Shown one piece after another: positions 36,723-47,616 of a DNA stretch of 64,000 nucleotides; position 1 is the first letter of the stretch; the number at the start of each line of letters is the position of its first letter. The stretch is from Podarcis muralis. Its lineage: Eukaryota. The translations under genes were made by a program, and so were the position numbers. Where the stretch lies: NCBI RefSeq assembly GCF_964188315.1, contig NC_135655.1, positions 73,470,001-73,534,000 of the forward strand, in the 5' to 3' direction. The notes under the pieces are model-generated. The model did not search any database and was not told the origin of the DNA. It worked only from the letters and a program-made list of their open reading frames with translations.

Positions 36723-36808
36723 ATTTGGGCAGTTGCTTGCTTATACTAATTTGGCTTAGACCTTGCTGCAGCCAATTAAGTTTTCCAGCTGCCCGGGGAG
36801 TTTAAAGC
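36723..36808 (-). other. TSSC4: TSSC4 5'UTR part of the coding exon
   Basis: minus-strand acceptor tttttgtttcatttttgttccag|G ending at 36809. Confidence 0.8.
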
Positions 36809-38609
36809 CTGGAACAAAAATGAAACAAAAACAGAAAAAAACCAGTGAAGTTCAACTGTGAAAAGGAAACCATACCATGACACCTGCCCTTCATGTACTT
36901 CAAGAACTCTAAAAACAAAAATCCAATACAAAAGAAGGGGTGGAGGGAGAAAAGGATTAGCAGGAGAAGCCCATCTCAGCTACTGTCTCAGATAAACAGT
37001 TCTGGAGTTGCTTTTGGTTTTTTATAAACCAGCCACACTGTAATGTGTTAAGCACTGCCAATTAGTAAATTCTCTAAAATAAATTCTGTGGTCCTGTAGT
37101 CCTGAATAGGTCAAAACACTTTTACGTTTATGGGACGCTACACAGACAAACAACCATTTCTGTCATTCATTCATTGTTTAACTAAATCTACCAGCGCATC
37201 CTCATCCACATAGCACAGGTAATAATATACTTTCAGAAATTGCCAGTTGAGCAATTTTCCATATAGTAGGCCAGAACATAGATTTACAGAATATAATGCT
37301 AGTTTTAACTGATAATTTTGCAAAAATTAGATGATCCATCAGTAGCTTCCTGCCAAAAGTGTCTTCTGGCACTAAAGATCAGCTGTCTTAAATGAGGCAA
37401 GGAAGAAACACTTGCATAAGACAGAGAAATGTGATCTCTTCTAGGCTAATACTTACAAATTAACAAAATCTGTGACATACAATTTTGAGTCTGGTAGTAC
37501 TAAATTTTCGCTGCCCCTGAATAGTTGCGCAAGATTTTGCTTCTCATTTGAAAACTAAAACCTTATTTAGTAGGACAGTGGCATTTTCTCCTTTTGTAAA
37601 AAGTGAATTCCTTCTACTGGGTTTGTAACTCAGTAGTTTCTTTTTATTTACTATCTGCATTGATGTGGTACTGTCAGACTTCTATCCAACTCTAGAATAT
37701 AGCAAGAACAATATTTTGTTCTTACATGTTCCTAAAATGCCTTCCAAAAATGACAAAGGGACTAGATGCTCCAGATTCATTGAATTTTCTATGGTACCTT
37801 TGTGTGCATGTCAAACACCAGAGTTTTATCATATATTTATCATGCTCTATCTCTCGAGTCTGACATCCCCACCCCCATCAACCCATTCATGTGCTAGGCT
37901 CATTCAGTGGCCCTTAATAGCATTTTCCTTAGTCTCCAGTGACCAATTCCCTAAATGGGAAGAATTGTACAGGAAGAAAATTCTTTTATGGTGACGGTAA
38001 ACAGGCATGGATAAATCTACTAGCCACTCACCATCTGGAGTCTGAAACAGTATTCCATCCTCTGGGTCAGTTAAAGCCACCAAGGTTCTCAGATGTTGTA
38101 CCCTGGCAGTAAGAGGTTGGACATATCATCAGCGCAAATAAATAAAGTGGAGCTGAAATTTCATAGTACATCAATAGTACTTGCTGTTTGGGTAGGTGTG
38201 GCCTCTAGCCTTGTACTAACAATAATATCTGCAAATAATCCTCTCTTAAGGCTGGAAAGCAGAATCTTTGCATATTTTATATGGTCATAAAGACAGCTAT
38301 TCAGGTAGTGGACTTCAATGTGCAACTTACATAGATGTGTAAGATGTGCAAGAACATTTAAATTGTCACATCAACTAAAATAAGCAACCCTGTTATCCAA
38401 AAGTCATTTGTGGTGTATCAGAAGAACAGAACCAAATCTAACTTACATTAATTTAACAGCCAATGGGCCAAATTTAAATGTCCCCAAACATATCTACATT
38501 ATGTGGATTCTGGTTGGTTGGTTTTGCCCCCTAAAGGGAGGTTTTGGCTGTTTCTTACTGGCAGTAAACAGAAAAATGAAAAAATAATTTCCAGAAAGAA
38601 AAGACTCAC

Positions 38610-38720
38610 AGGTTCTTTGCAATGATCTGATTAGGATGCAATTCAAACAGGATGGCTTCTCTCAGAATAGACAAGTCCCCTTCAGAATCTTCCATACTAT
38701 CTTGATCCCTGTTATTTGAA
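38610..38720 (-). other. TSSC4: predicted TSSC4 5'UTR cassette exon (111 nt)
   Basis: acceptor tttatttatttattttgcctttcccacag and donor CCT|GTGAGT, both near consensus. Confidence 0.6.
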
Positions 38721-39811
38721 CTGTGGGAAAGGCAAAATAAATAAATAAATAAACAGCTCCCCCGCACTCTAGCCTACAGAGAGTTATATGATAGAGGAAA
38801 AAGCTTCAGAAAATAAAGTCAAGAAAGTAACTTGTTACAAAGAAGGCAATTCCCGCCTCCCCAAGTCTCTCATCTCTAATCAACATGAGCTATGGAGAAA
38901 TTACTTTTTCTCAATCCAAACATATCAGTCAGCCTGCCCTGAGCATTAGCAAACGACTTATAAATTTCAAGGGATGCAAAACAAGAGCAAGTTAAAACTA
39001 TATTAACTGACAGTTATTGTGAACAGGGCCAAAGATGTTATAAGGCTGTTATGAGAAATCTGTAAGTGCTTTGAACACTCCAAAGTGCAATATAAATGCA
39101 AAATATCAGGGCTATTGATGTTTTCAGGTGCTTTCATCTAGAGTTGCTATCTCTCGCCCCAATACTTGGGTAGGAGAGGCTATAAAACCAAGACAAGCGC
39201 AGCCTCATGTGTGCAGCAGCTCAGACTTAGGGTGAGGGTAGAAACCCAGGGGAGGCTAAACTGAAAGAAATCTCTCCCACTTAGTGACCCAGTGAAATTG
39301 ATGGGTAGTAGATTCAAAGAAGGCCAAAAAGAGAAATGCACATCCTTGTAGAGAGCATAGTTAACTTACGAAATGTGCTGCCATAAAAAACAGAAAAAGG
39401 AAGTTGTCATACTGAGTCCATTGGTCCATATAAGCTCAGTACTGTCTACACTGACTGGCAGTGACTGTTCAGGATTTCAGACAGGGTTCTCTCCCAGCAC
39501 TACCAGGAGATGTCAAGTGTTGAACCTGGGCCCTTCTGCATGAAAAAGCAGGTGCTATTCCACTGAGCCAAAGCTCTGTATAGCAATCATCACTGATTTA
39601 TATCTTGGGTCTTCAAGCAGGGGCAGTCAGAACCCATGTCAAAGCCTCGTCTCAGGTGGCTCACAATAGAATTATTACCACCACCCATATGTTTAAAAAG
39701 AGAATAGACCTGAGTCTCCAAATTCATTATTTGGCAAGTATGGTTTAAAATTATTTAACTTAGCTAGGATGGCAAAATGGACATGTTTAATCAGAGAAAA
39801 GTCACTGTTAA

Positions 39812-40163
39812 AGGTAAAGGTACACCTGCCCGTAGGGGCCAGTCTTGACAGACTCTAGGGTTGTGCGCTCATCTCACTCTATAGGCCAGCCAGCGCTGTC
39901 TGCAGACACTTCCGGGTCACGTGGCCAGCGTGACAAGCTGCATCTGGCAAGCCAGCGCAGCACACGGAACGCCGTTTACCTTCCCGCTGGTAAGCGGTCC
40001 CTATTTATCTACTTGCACCCGAGGTGCTTTCGAACTGCTAGGTTGGCAGGCGCTGGGACCGAACGACGGGAGCGCACCCTGCCGCGGGGATTCGAACCGC
40101 CGACCATGCGATCGGCAAGTCCTAGGCGCTGAGGTTTTACCCACAGCGCCACCCGCGTCCCTT
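39812..40163 (-). mobile_element. young Sauria SINE, full length
   Basis: intact GGTTCGAATCC B box, many CpGs retained; 15-bp TSD aaaagtca(c/g)tgttaa. Confidence 0.9.
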
Positions 40164-40334
40164 AAAAGTCAGTGTTAACATTTACTAAAGACTGGAAACC
40201 ACTTACAAACTTTTCGCATGAAAAAGAAAAAGAAATATTGACATTCGGGTTTGAAGGCTGAAGATAATGTTGATTTAAAGAAAATAGTCCTGCTGGGTGT
40301 TATACTGGAGTGGATGAGTGGGATGATGTTTATA

Positions 40335-40415
40335 CAGGGTGAGTTTTTTTAAAAGAGGCCCTGTGGAACATGTGCACTCTGTATCCACAGGGCCTCTTTT
40401 AAAGGACTCACCCTG
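40335..40415. mobile_element. 81-bp foldback Tc1/mariner MITE
   Basis: arms cagggtgagt...aaaagaggccctgtgga; TA flanks. Confidence 0.75.
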
Positions 40416-40757
40416 TATATGGCTGACAGATGAAGAATCGGGAGTTCTTTAGTTTCTTTAACTTTTAAAAAAATCTTAGAATCCTTCTATCTCTCTACTT
40501 CTTTCTTTCTCTCTCTCCCTTTTCCTCTGGATCTGTGATTTTATCTAGATTAATGTTGTAGTTTGGATTTAAAAAAGATATAATAATGTTTGCACCTCTC
40601 TTTTTAAATTCTAATAAAAATTTATCCAAAGAAAGAAAAGGCCGAAGACTAGTTTACATGGCTTTCGGCGCAGAGCAAAGCAGTTCATCGAGGAAAATGA
40701 CAATTAACCATAAACGGCCCTGTTCTCCAGAGGCCTCGTACCTCTGACGACCAGGTT

Positions 40758-40905
40758 GGTTGGGTGGTGTGTAATGGTCACAGACGAGGGACCTGGGTTC
40801 GAATCCCCCCCCCACTCGGTCACGGGGCTCCCCGGGTGACCTTGGGCCGCCCACTTCCTCTCCGGCCTAACCCACAGGGTTGTTGTGGGGGGTGAAATGA
40901 AAAGG
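40758..40905 (+). mobile_element. tRNA-derived MIR-like SINE
   Basis: gggttcgaatcc B box; gggtgaccttgggcc and gcctaacc...cagggttgttgtg tail. Confidence 0.7.
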
Positions 40906-41203
40906 CGCGTGTGGGGAAGGGTATAAATGCAACCAGGGAACAGATACAGGCCCATTAGCGAGTGGGGCTCCCCGTGGTCAGTTTGGGAAACAATATGATG
41001 GGTCTTCGGGGCCGTTAGACACCCCCACGCCAGTCCTCTCCCTCCCGCGTGGAATGAGCAGCACCTGCGATGGGGAAAGAAAAATAGCAGCGCGTCTCTC
41101 CCGCCCTCAAAACTCCTCCCCGCCACCGACCTTCCTACCTCCGTCCCGCCAAACGCATCAACTTCTTCCCCCGCGAGCAGAGCCCACCTCCGTTTCTCCT
41201 CAC

Positions 41204-41300
41204 CCGCGGCGCCGCTGTGCCTAATTCCAGCCACGGCCTGCCGTATTCCGCGCCGTCCTCCCTGCGCACGCCGGGACATGGAGTCTTTATCGCCTGGCGG
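41204..41300 (-). other. TSSC4: predicted TSSC4 exon 1 (5' boundary approximate)
   Basis: CGG|GTGAGG donor at 41204/41203 inside the CpG island, just downstream of two ACTACA-TCCCAG motifs. Confidence 0.6.
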
Positions 41301-41338
41301 GTCGCTGTAGAACCCTACGCTAGCTCCCCGTCGGATGA

Positions 41339-41357
41339 ACTACATATCCCAGAAGGC
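41339..41357 (+). promoter_or_regulatory. ZNF143/THAP11-HCF1-type ACTACAnnTCCCAG motif
   Basis: ACTACATATCCCAGAAGGC. Confidence 0.7.
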
Positions 41358-41418
41358 ATCTCGCCTAAATCGCGGCCCAGTGACTAGCCTCGTCCTCCTC
41401 GTAGCCTCCCTTCCCGAT

Positions 41419-41437
41419 GCATTCTGGGAACTGTAGT
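41419..41437 (-). promoter_or_regulatory. ZNF143/THAP11-HCF1-type motif
   Basis: ACTACAGTTCCCAGAATGC on the minus strand matches the ACTACAnnTCCCAGnATGC consensus. Confidence 0.8.
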
Positions 41438-41935
41438 GCTTTCTTCATTATTATTATCGTCGTCGACTGACGGCGGCGGGGAGAGGGATATTTCTGGCGT
41501 GAAGTGGGCGCCTCCATGGTCCGTAGAGTTAGGAAAATATTAGAAGAGTTCTAAGGCTGCGGTCGTAATCCCGCTTGCTTTTGAGTTGGCGTCTCTGACA
41601 GTTGCACGCCTGCAAGTTGAGCGGAGGGGGCGGGCACTTTTTGAGGAGGTGGGGGCTGGACGACTGAGCTGGACGTACCTCTCATTGCTACCTCAGGGAT
41701 ATATTTGTTATCATTTGCAATTAGAAATCCAGGACTCAACGCGAGCGATTTTGCAATATCTGCCTGCGCATCCCACGTCGCTACTCTCGTGCCTGCTTAC
41801 ATCTCAATCACGTTTTCTTTGTTTGCTTATGCACACGATTTGCACACCTGCCCAATAGTTAACAATACGACTTAAAAGCCGTTAAGATTTCTTTCCGGCC
41901 AGGTAACGATTGCCGAGGTGTGTATACCTGATTTT

Positions 41936-42079
41936 CATGGGCGTAGCCAGGATTTTTGTTACGGTGTTACGGGGGTAAGCCTTTTGTGGGGGGCGGGGCG
42001 CAGAACCTCAGTTACCTATGCAGTTTTATTGATTTTTATTGATTTGAGAGGGGGAGCCCCCTCATTGGCTACGCCCATG
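41936..42079. mobile_element. hAT-like MITE
   Basis: perfect 14-bp TIR catgggcgtagcca. Confidence 0.7.
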
Positions 42080-42784
42080 CAGGTATTCGACACTCCTCCC
42101 TCACACTTCCACGGGTGCAGAAATCTTTGCAGAAGGTTGTACTGTATCGGCAAAGCTGTGTAGCATGGAAATGATTTCACAGGAAACTTGTGCCATGTGT
42201 ATGCTGAGCCCTTGAAGGCAATTAATAAATTAAGTGTACTAATTACTATAATTAAACTAGATATAGAAAGCAACTCACAGAGATGGGAAAGACTTTGATT
42301 GCATAACCTGACCTGTGCACCTGCTTAATTAGCTGCTCTCCTTTCTTATGATTATCTTTATACAAGACTTGGATTGGATAGCCTTTCAAATAGATGACAT
42401 CTTCAAACAGAGGCCTGCCCTCTGATGGCCCTCCCAATAGAAGAATGTCTTCTGTAAAGTAAAACACATGGCCACCATATTCCCTATGTTCTGATGCAAA
42501 TATTCAAGTGTTAAAAATAGGAGGGTTTGTACTTTGCACTGTTTTAAACAGGGGGAGGGGCACCCACATCATGCATTTAGGGCACATTTAACACATCCTG
42601 CCAACTGTAGTTTTCCCCTTACAGAGCTACAGTTGCCAGCACCTCAACAAACTACAGCTCCCAGGATTATTATTTTTTGCGGGGGTGTGTGTGTGTGTGT
42701 GTGTCCAGAATTCTTTGGAATGTGCTTTAAATGTATGGTGTGGACTTAGCAAATGCCCACATTTGTCCTGGACGTGTTTTAGAT

Positions 42785-43040
42785 CAGGGGTCAGCAACCT
42801 TTTCCAGCCATGGGCTGGTCCACCGTCCCTTAAGCCATGTGGTGGGCTGGACTATACATTTTTTTGGGGGGGGGGGATGAACGAATTCCTGTGCCCCACA
42901 AATAACTCAGAGATGCATTTTAAATAAAAGCACACATTCTACTCATGTGAAAACATGCTGATTCCCGGACCGTCTGTGGGCCAGATTGAGAAGGCGATTG
43001 GGCCGCATCCAGCCTACGGGCCTTAGGTTGCCTACCCCTG
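42785..43040. mobile_element. hAT MITE with 8-bp TSD
   Basis: TIR caggggtcagcaacct/aggttgcctacccctg; TSD ttttagat. Confidence 0.88.
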
Positions 43041-44152
43041 TTTTAGATGGTTGTAGAAGATAAAAGGAAACCAACAAGGCCCCTGTAAGATTACATGTCT
43101 TCAAGTTTAAGTTATAATTGTGGTCCCAAGGACAGTCTTGAAAAAACAGAGAAGCCATCTGTAATACAAACTGCTGCCTTTCATTTGTAACATCAGTTTC
43201 AATTTATGGAGGATTGCTAATTACAGTAATTTATGTAGAGTGAGCCATTTTTGTCCCAGATACAGTCAGCAGTAACAACAGACATGATGAGAATTAAAAT
43301 TTTCTCATCTTCCTTTAAAAGGGAGGGTTGGTTGTTGTTTTTAAAGCAGTACTGTAGGATTTGCCCAGACTAAGGTCCATTTAATACTACCACGCACAAC
43401 ATACTGAAAATCAAGAGTTTATGTATGGTGATATAATAGACGTTCATAGAGCAGCAGTTTGGGGACATAAGGTGCAGTTTCTTGAATAAAACACCTTTGA
43501 GCTTGGTGGATGTGAATCATTTCTCCCATTGTTTCAAGATATAGTGCCCCCCCCCCCCTGCATACAGAAGCAATGAAGACACAAACTCCTAACACCAGCA
43601 TCTGTCTGGACTGGGAAAAGCACAGCCTTATTTGACCCCAACAAATTATGGCCATGGGACAGGAAGAAAAGTGCTGGTGGGAGATGGCACTAGGTTTCAG
43701 CGAAGGTGCACAGGTCTTGGTTATGGCATCACAATGCTATGGAGACCCTTTAGGATGGGGCACATGTGGCCCCCCAGACCTTTCTTTCTGCCCCCCAGGA
43801 TTCCCTCCAGGCCATGCCCTTCCCCATGTCTGCCCTCCTCAAGTGCTTTTGTGTGGTTGGAATATGGTAATGTCTCCCACTTGCCTGGATGGAGAGGTGG
43901 AGGTGGGGGTTCGGTGGGAACCTCTGTGAGTTTTGCATGCCATTAACCTTAAAAGCACCCACCCACAGAGGAACAGAAAGTCTGGCAGTGATGATAATGA
44001 CATCCTTCTACAGGATGTAGAACAGACTGTCTGCCTACTATGCAGCTGTTGAAGGCAGAGAAATGCACTTCAATGGCAGGTGCTGGGTTCTGCAGGCAAG
44101 AAGGGCAGTGTGAAAGGCTTAGCGTCTTGTTCTTCTTCGCATTTTGCATTTA

Positions 44153-44552
44153 CCGTATTTTTAGCTCCATAGGGCCCACCTAGTTTTTAGGGGGGGAAAT
44201 AAATAATCCCCCCCCCAGCCCTCAGAACAGGGGAGCGACGGCAAGATTGCGCGCAACCTCGGGCTCCAAAGGCTTGTGGATAGCTGCCTGAAGCCCAGGA
44301 AGCGAAGCGCTGTGCTCCCCGGGCTTCAGGCTGCTATCCGCAAGCCTTCGGAGCCTAGCGGGAACTCCCGCTGCGCTCAGAAGGCTTGTGGATAGCTGCC
44401 TGAAGCCTGGAGAGCGAGAGGAGTCGGTGCACACCAACCCCTCTTGCTCTCCAGGCTTCAGCGAAAGCCTGCATTCGCTCCATAGGATGCACACACATTT
44501 CCCCTTCATTTTTGGAGGGGAAAAAGTGCGTCCTATAGTGCGGAAAATACGG
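44153..44552. mobile_element. Tc1/mariner (Tc2-like) MITE
   Basis: TIR ccgtatttt/aaaatacgg; TA TSD; CpG-rich interior. Confidence 0.8.
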
Positions 44553-45776
44553 TACTCCCTCTTTGCCAATGCTCCTTCCTTATCAGGGCCTGAGGAACTA
44601 GTCAAAACACCCTGCCCTGAGAGATTGAGGTGATAGCAGTGGATTTCGAGATATGCAGTGTGTGTTTTTGGTGACTTTGCTTGATAAGATGAGCAGAACT
44701 TCTAGTTTTCTGCAGCTTTTTGGAATCAGTTCATTACCCCCAAAAAAAGAGCAAGTTGGAGATGTTCGGAGATGAGCAGATGGTTAAGCTATTTCCTCCA
44801 AACAGTGTGTTGAAGCGGCTGAGGCAAAGCAAAATGCAACACACTGAATGCTGCTGAGGAAGAATGGTCAAAACAAGAGGAACTATATCCCTTGGGACCA
44901 ATCACACTTCTTCTTCTTCTTTTTTTGCCAGACCACAAAACCCCCAGATGTGTTAGCCCAAAGCCCTCCCAGCCAAGATGGGCTGGCTTAACCATTAGCA
45001 TTCTGCAGCATATGGCCAGAGCCAAATGCAGCCCTCTGCTCTAGTTTGAGTAGCTGGATGAGGGGGTGGGGAAATGAGTCTGCCTCTTCTTGGACAATTT
45101 CCTGTAACTTAGGACATGGAATCTCTTTCTTTATTGGGACACAGGAGCACAGTATTCAAGTTCCCAGGTGCAGAAAAGTAGCTCGGCTGAGCAGTACGAA
45201 GCACAGAATAATATACCACAGAGGCCTGGAGGGCAAAATAGGATGGGAACAGCAGTATTTTTTATCAGTACACATGGACTCATTAGACTGAGCCTACTTT
45301 TAGGTTTGCTATTGTGCCAGATAAGAAAGTACGGCTTACACAGATTTGCGATGGAGATTCCTGGAATGGGCCACCTATGTGATTTGCAATGGCTTTGCTT
45401 TTCACCCATGAATTCCATCCATTTGAACCAGTGTTACAAGGCTACAATCAGTGTTACAGATTGTACAGTGTTACAATCTGTACCTGTGTGTTGCCGGCTA
45501 TACACCGGCCTTCAGCGCACAACCCCTGTTCAAACCATCCCTGATTGTTAATGGAACTCTGTGCTGCAAACCAATGGTTTCAAGAGGAAAAGGTTAGTGT
45601 AGAAGTGCCCTTAGGCTTGTTGTAGGCTACCGCTGTGCATATTTTCTCAGAACTAAATTTGCACAGGAGTTTGCAACATTCTTTCAGAGAATCCAGATGA
45701 TGCTTATCCTAAACCAAGGCTCCCTCTTACTGTTAATGTTCCACTCTTTTCCTTTCTCAAGTGCTGATTCATGACC

Positions 45777-45778
<2 letters not shown>

Positions 45779-45829
<51 letters not shown>
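45779..45829 (+). repeat. (AC)n microsatellite
   Basis: seen directly. Confidence 0.95.
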
Positions 45830-45836
<7 letters not shown>

Positions 45837-46204
45837 ACTTTCAATGGTAGCCCACTCCTTTCTGATATGAATTGAAAAAAGCACTGTATGATGTCTCCTG
45901 CTGTAGAGATGTCAAAAACCATATGACTGGTTACAGTGTGTGACACCACTTTTAAGTTTCACCTGTCTGCCCCCTGCATACCCAAGCCACAAAGCTTTAT
46001 TCTTCTGAATTTCACTTCGTAGCACATTGACAGCTTTTCTTTTGAACTATTACTTAGGAATCTAGAACCAGTATCTTTGTGTGCAACACATGTGCACACA
46101 CATAGCCTGTGAACCACCCACACAAATTCCCTGCCTTTCTGTGAAGCAGATTGAAAAGCAGTGAGCGGAGCCTTTTCTAAAAAGCTTAAAATCTCTGATC
46201 AGTT

Positions 46205-46293
46205 TGCAGAGTCCTTTCAAAAAGACTGGCAAGTTAACGGTTGTTCTCCCCAAACAGCCATTAACTTGCCAGTCTTTTTGAAAGGATTCTGCA
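46205..46293. repeat. near-perfect inverted repeat (41-bp arms, 7-nt loop)
   Basis: tgcagagtcctttcaaaaagactggcaagttaacggttgtt / aacagccattaacttgccagtctttttgaaaggattctgca. Confidence 0.9.
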
Positions 46294-47610
46294 TACCCAG
46301 CAATGACCACTGAGTAAAGGTGGGAGTGAAGGAGAATATGTTTGAATACTCGAAATTCATCTTTTGTTTTTTAAGTGTGTATTGGGTAGTGCTAGGCAAT
46401 AATACTATCTATAAATTTAAATAAATAAATAGCAGAACCAGTGTTAGATTTTTTTTGAGGGACTAGCTTTGCAAAGTGCTGGGAGAAGATTACTCAAGAC
46501 TTCTGAAGCTGGGCACCAAATGAGCATTCACCACCCACAAGTGTAGCTACTAACAACTATTCCGTTGCAACCCAATATTTAACACTTGCTCCCTTTTATG
46601 CAAAGTCCATAATTTTTACTCTTACGAGAAGGCCACTTGAATGACATATACCCCTACTGAGCTTTCTGATACAAGAGATAAGACAAGTCACCTAGCACAA
46701 TGGCAGGATGAAGCACACCAGCTTTTTAAACAGCAACAGCGTCTCCTATATGTATTTTTGGGTACAGGAAGTGACTATTGCTTTTAAACAGGAAAAGAAA
46801 AGAAAAAAAACCCATGAAAGGAAGTATTAAGGAAACAGAATTCACCCAAGCTGGATGCTATCCACAAATCCAGAGTTAGCACAATCGTTCTATGGTGTTA
46901 GGGAAGGAATAAATCTGACAGTACACCGCTGACGTTTCTGCTGTTTAATTGTTTTCATATATCATTTTTTTAAAAAGTTATTTCGACAGATTATTTTAAC
47001 ATTCAGATAAACAAGCAAGACAACAGCAAGTGGACATGATTTCTGGGCAGAAGCACAGCCAAGGGCTTGAGCTTGGGGGGGGCTGTCATTCTCCCCCATG
47101 TATCCCTTGTTCCACATTTCTAGAGGCAACTAAGTGCAAAGGCCAGGCTGTTGGTTGTAACCAACAAGAGGCAAAGCTTGCATGCATTCTCTTGTTCTTG
47201 GGTTTGCTGCAACCTGTAGCAGGGCTGGACAATGGCAGCAAGCCCTTTGGACTGACCACTGCCTGTTCTGTTGGCCTAAATGGGAAACAGATAGTTTTGG
47301 GATAGTTGATGCTGCATATCAGAAGCCGATTTTATCCCCCTCAATTAAGCCCCATTTTGGAACTGTGAGTTTCTTCATGGCTTTCTTCTAAACAGAGTAA
47401 GATTCAACTGGCCAATAAGCCCTGCAGTTGGTAAGGGTGAGGTCACTCTTCCCTTGGCTTCTTCGCCAGCCCCCATTTGTTCCCCATTCCCATGGCTGGT
47501 TTTGCCAATGCTATGGAGACAAGATGGGCGAAACATTCAGATGTCACAATTTACTTACTGGCTGTAAGGAACATAGGGCTTCATCACACAGTACACACCA
47601 GGAGAAAATG

Positions 47611-47616
47611 TTTATT
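47611..47616 (-). promoter_or_regulatory. candidate distal CD81 poly(A) signal
   Basis: AATAAA followed by cattttctcctggtgtgtactgtgtg (GU-rich downstream element). Confidence 0.45.

Larger units (their letters stand above)
40950..41800. promoter_or_regulatory. CpG island / TSSC4 promoter (bounds approximate)
   Basis: sharp local rise in GC and CpG content against a CpG-depleted background. Confidence 0.8.

Noticed and set aside
40090-40150. tRNA-like A/B boxes (also at 5600, 15250, 40795, 60725)
   Set aside because: All are SINE heads with family bodies and tails; none forms a cloverleaf with an acceptor stem.
40704-41279. 191-aa minus-strand ORF (MSRRAQGG...)
   Set aside because: It runs through a good splice donor at 41203 into CpG-island and SINE sequence; only the first 25 codons are considered, as a uORF.
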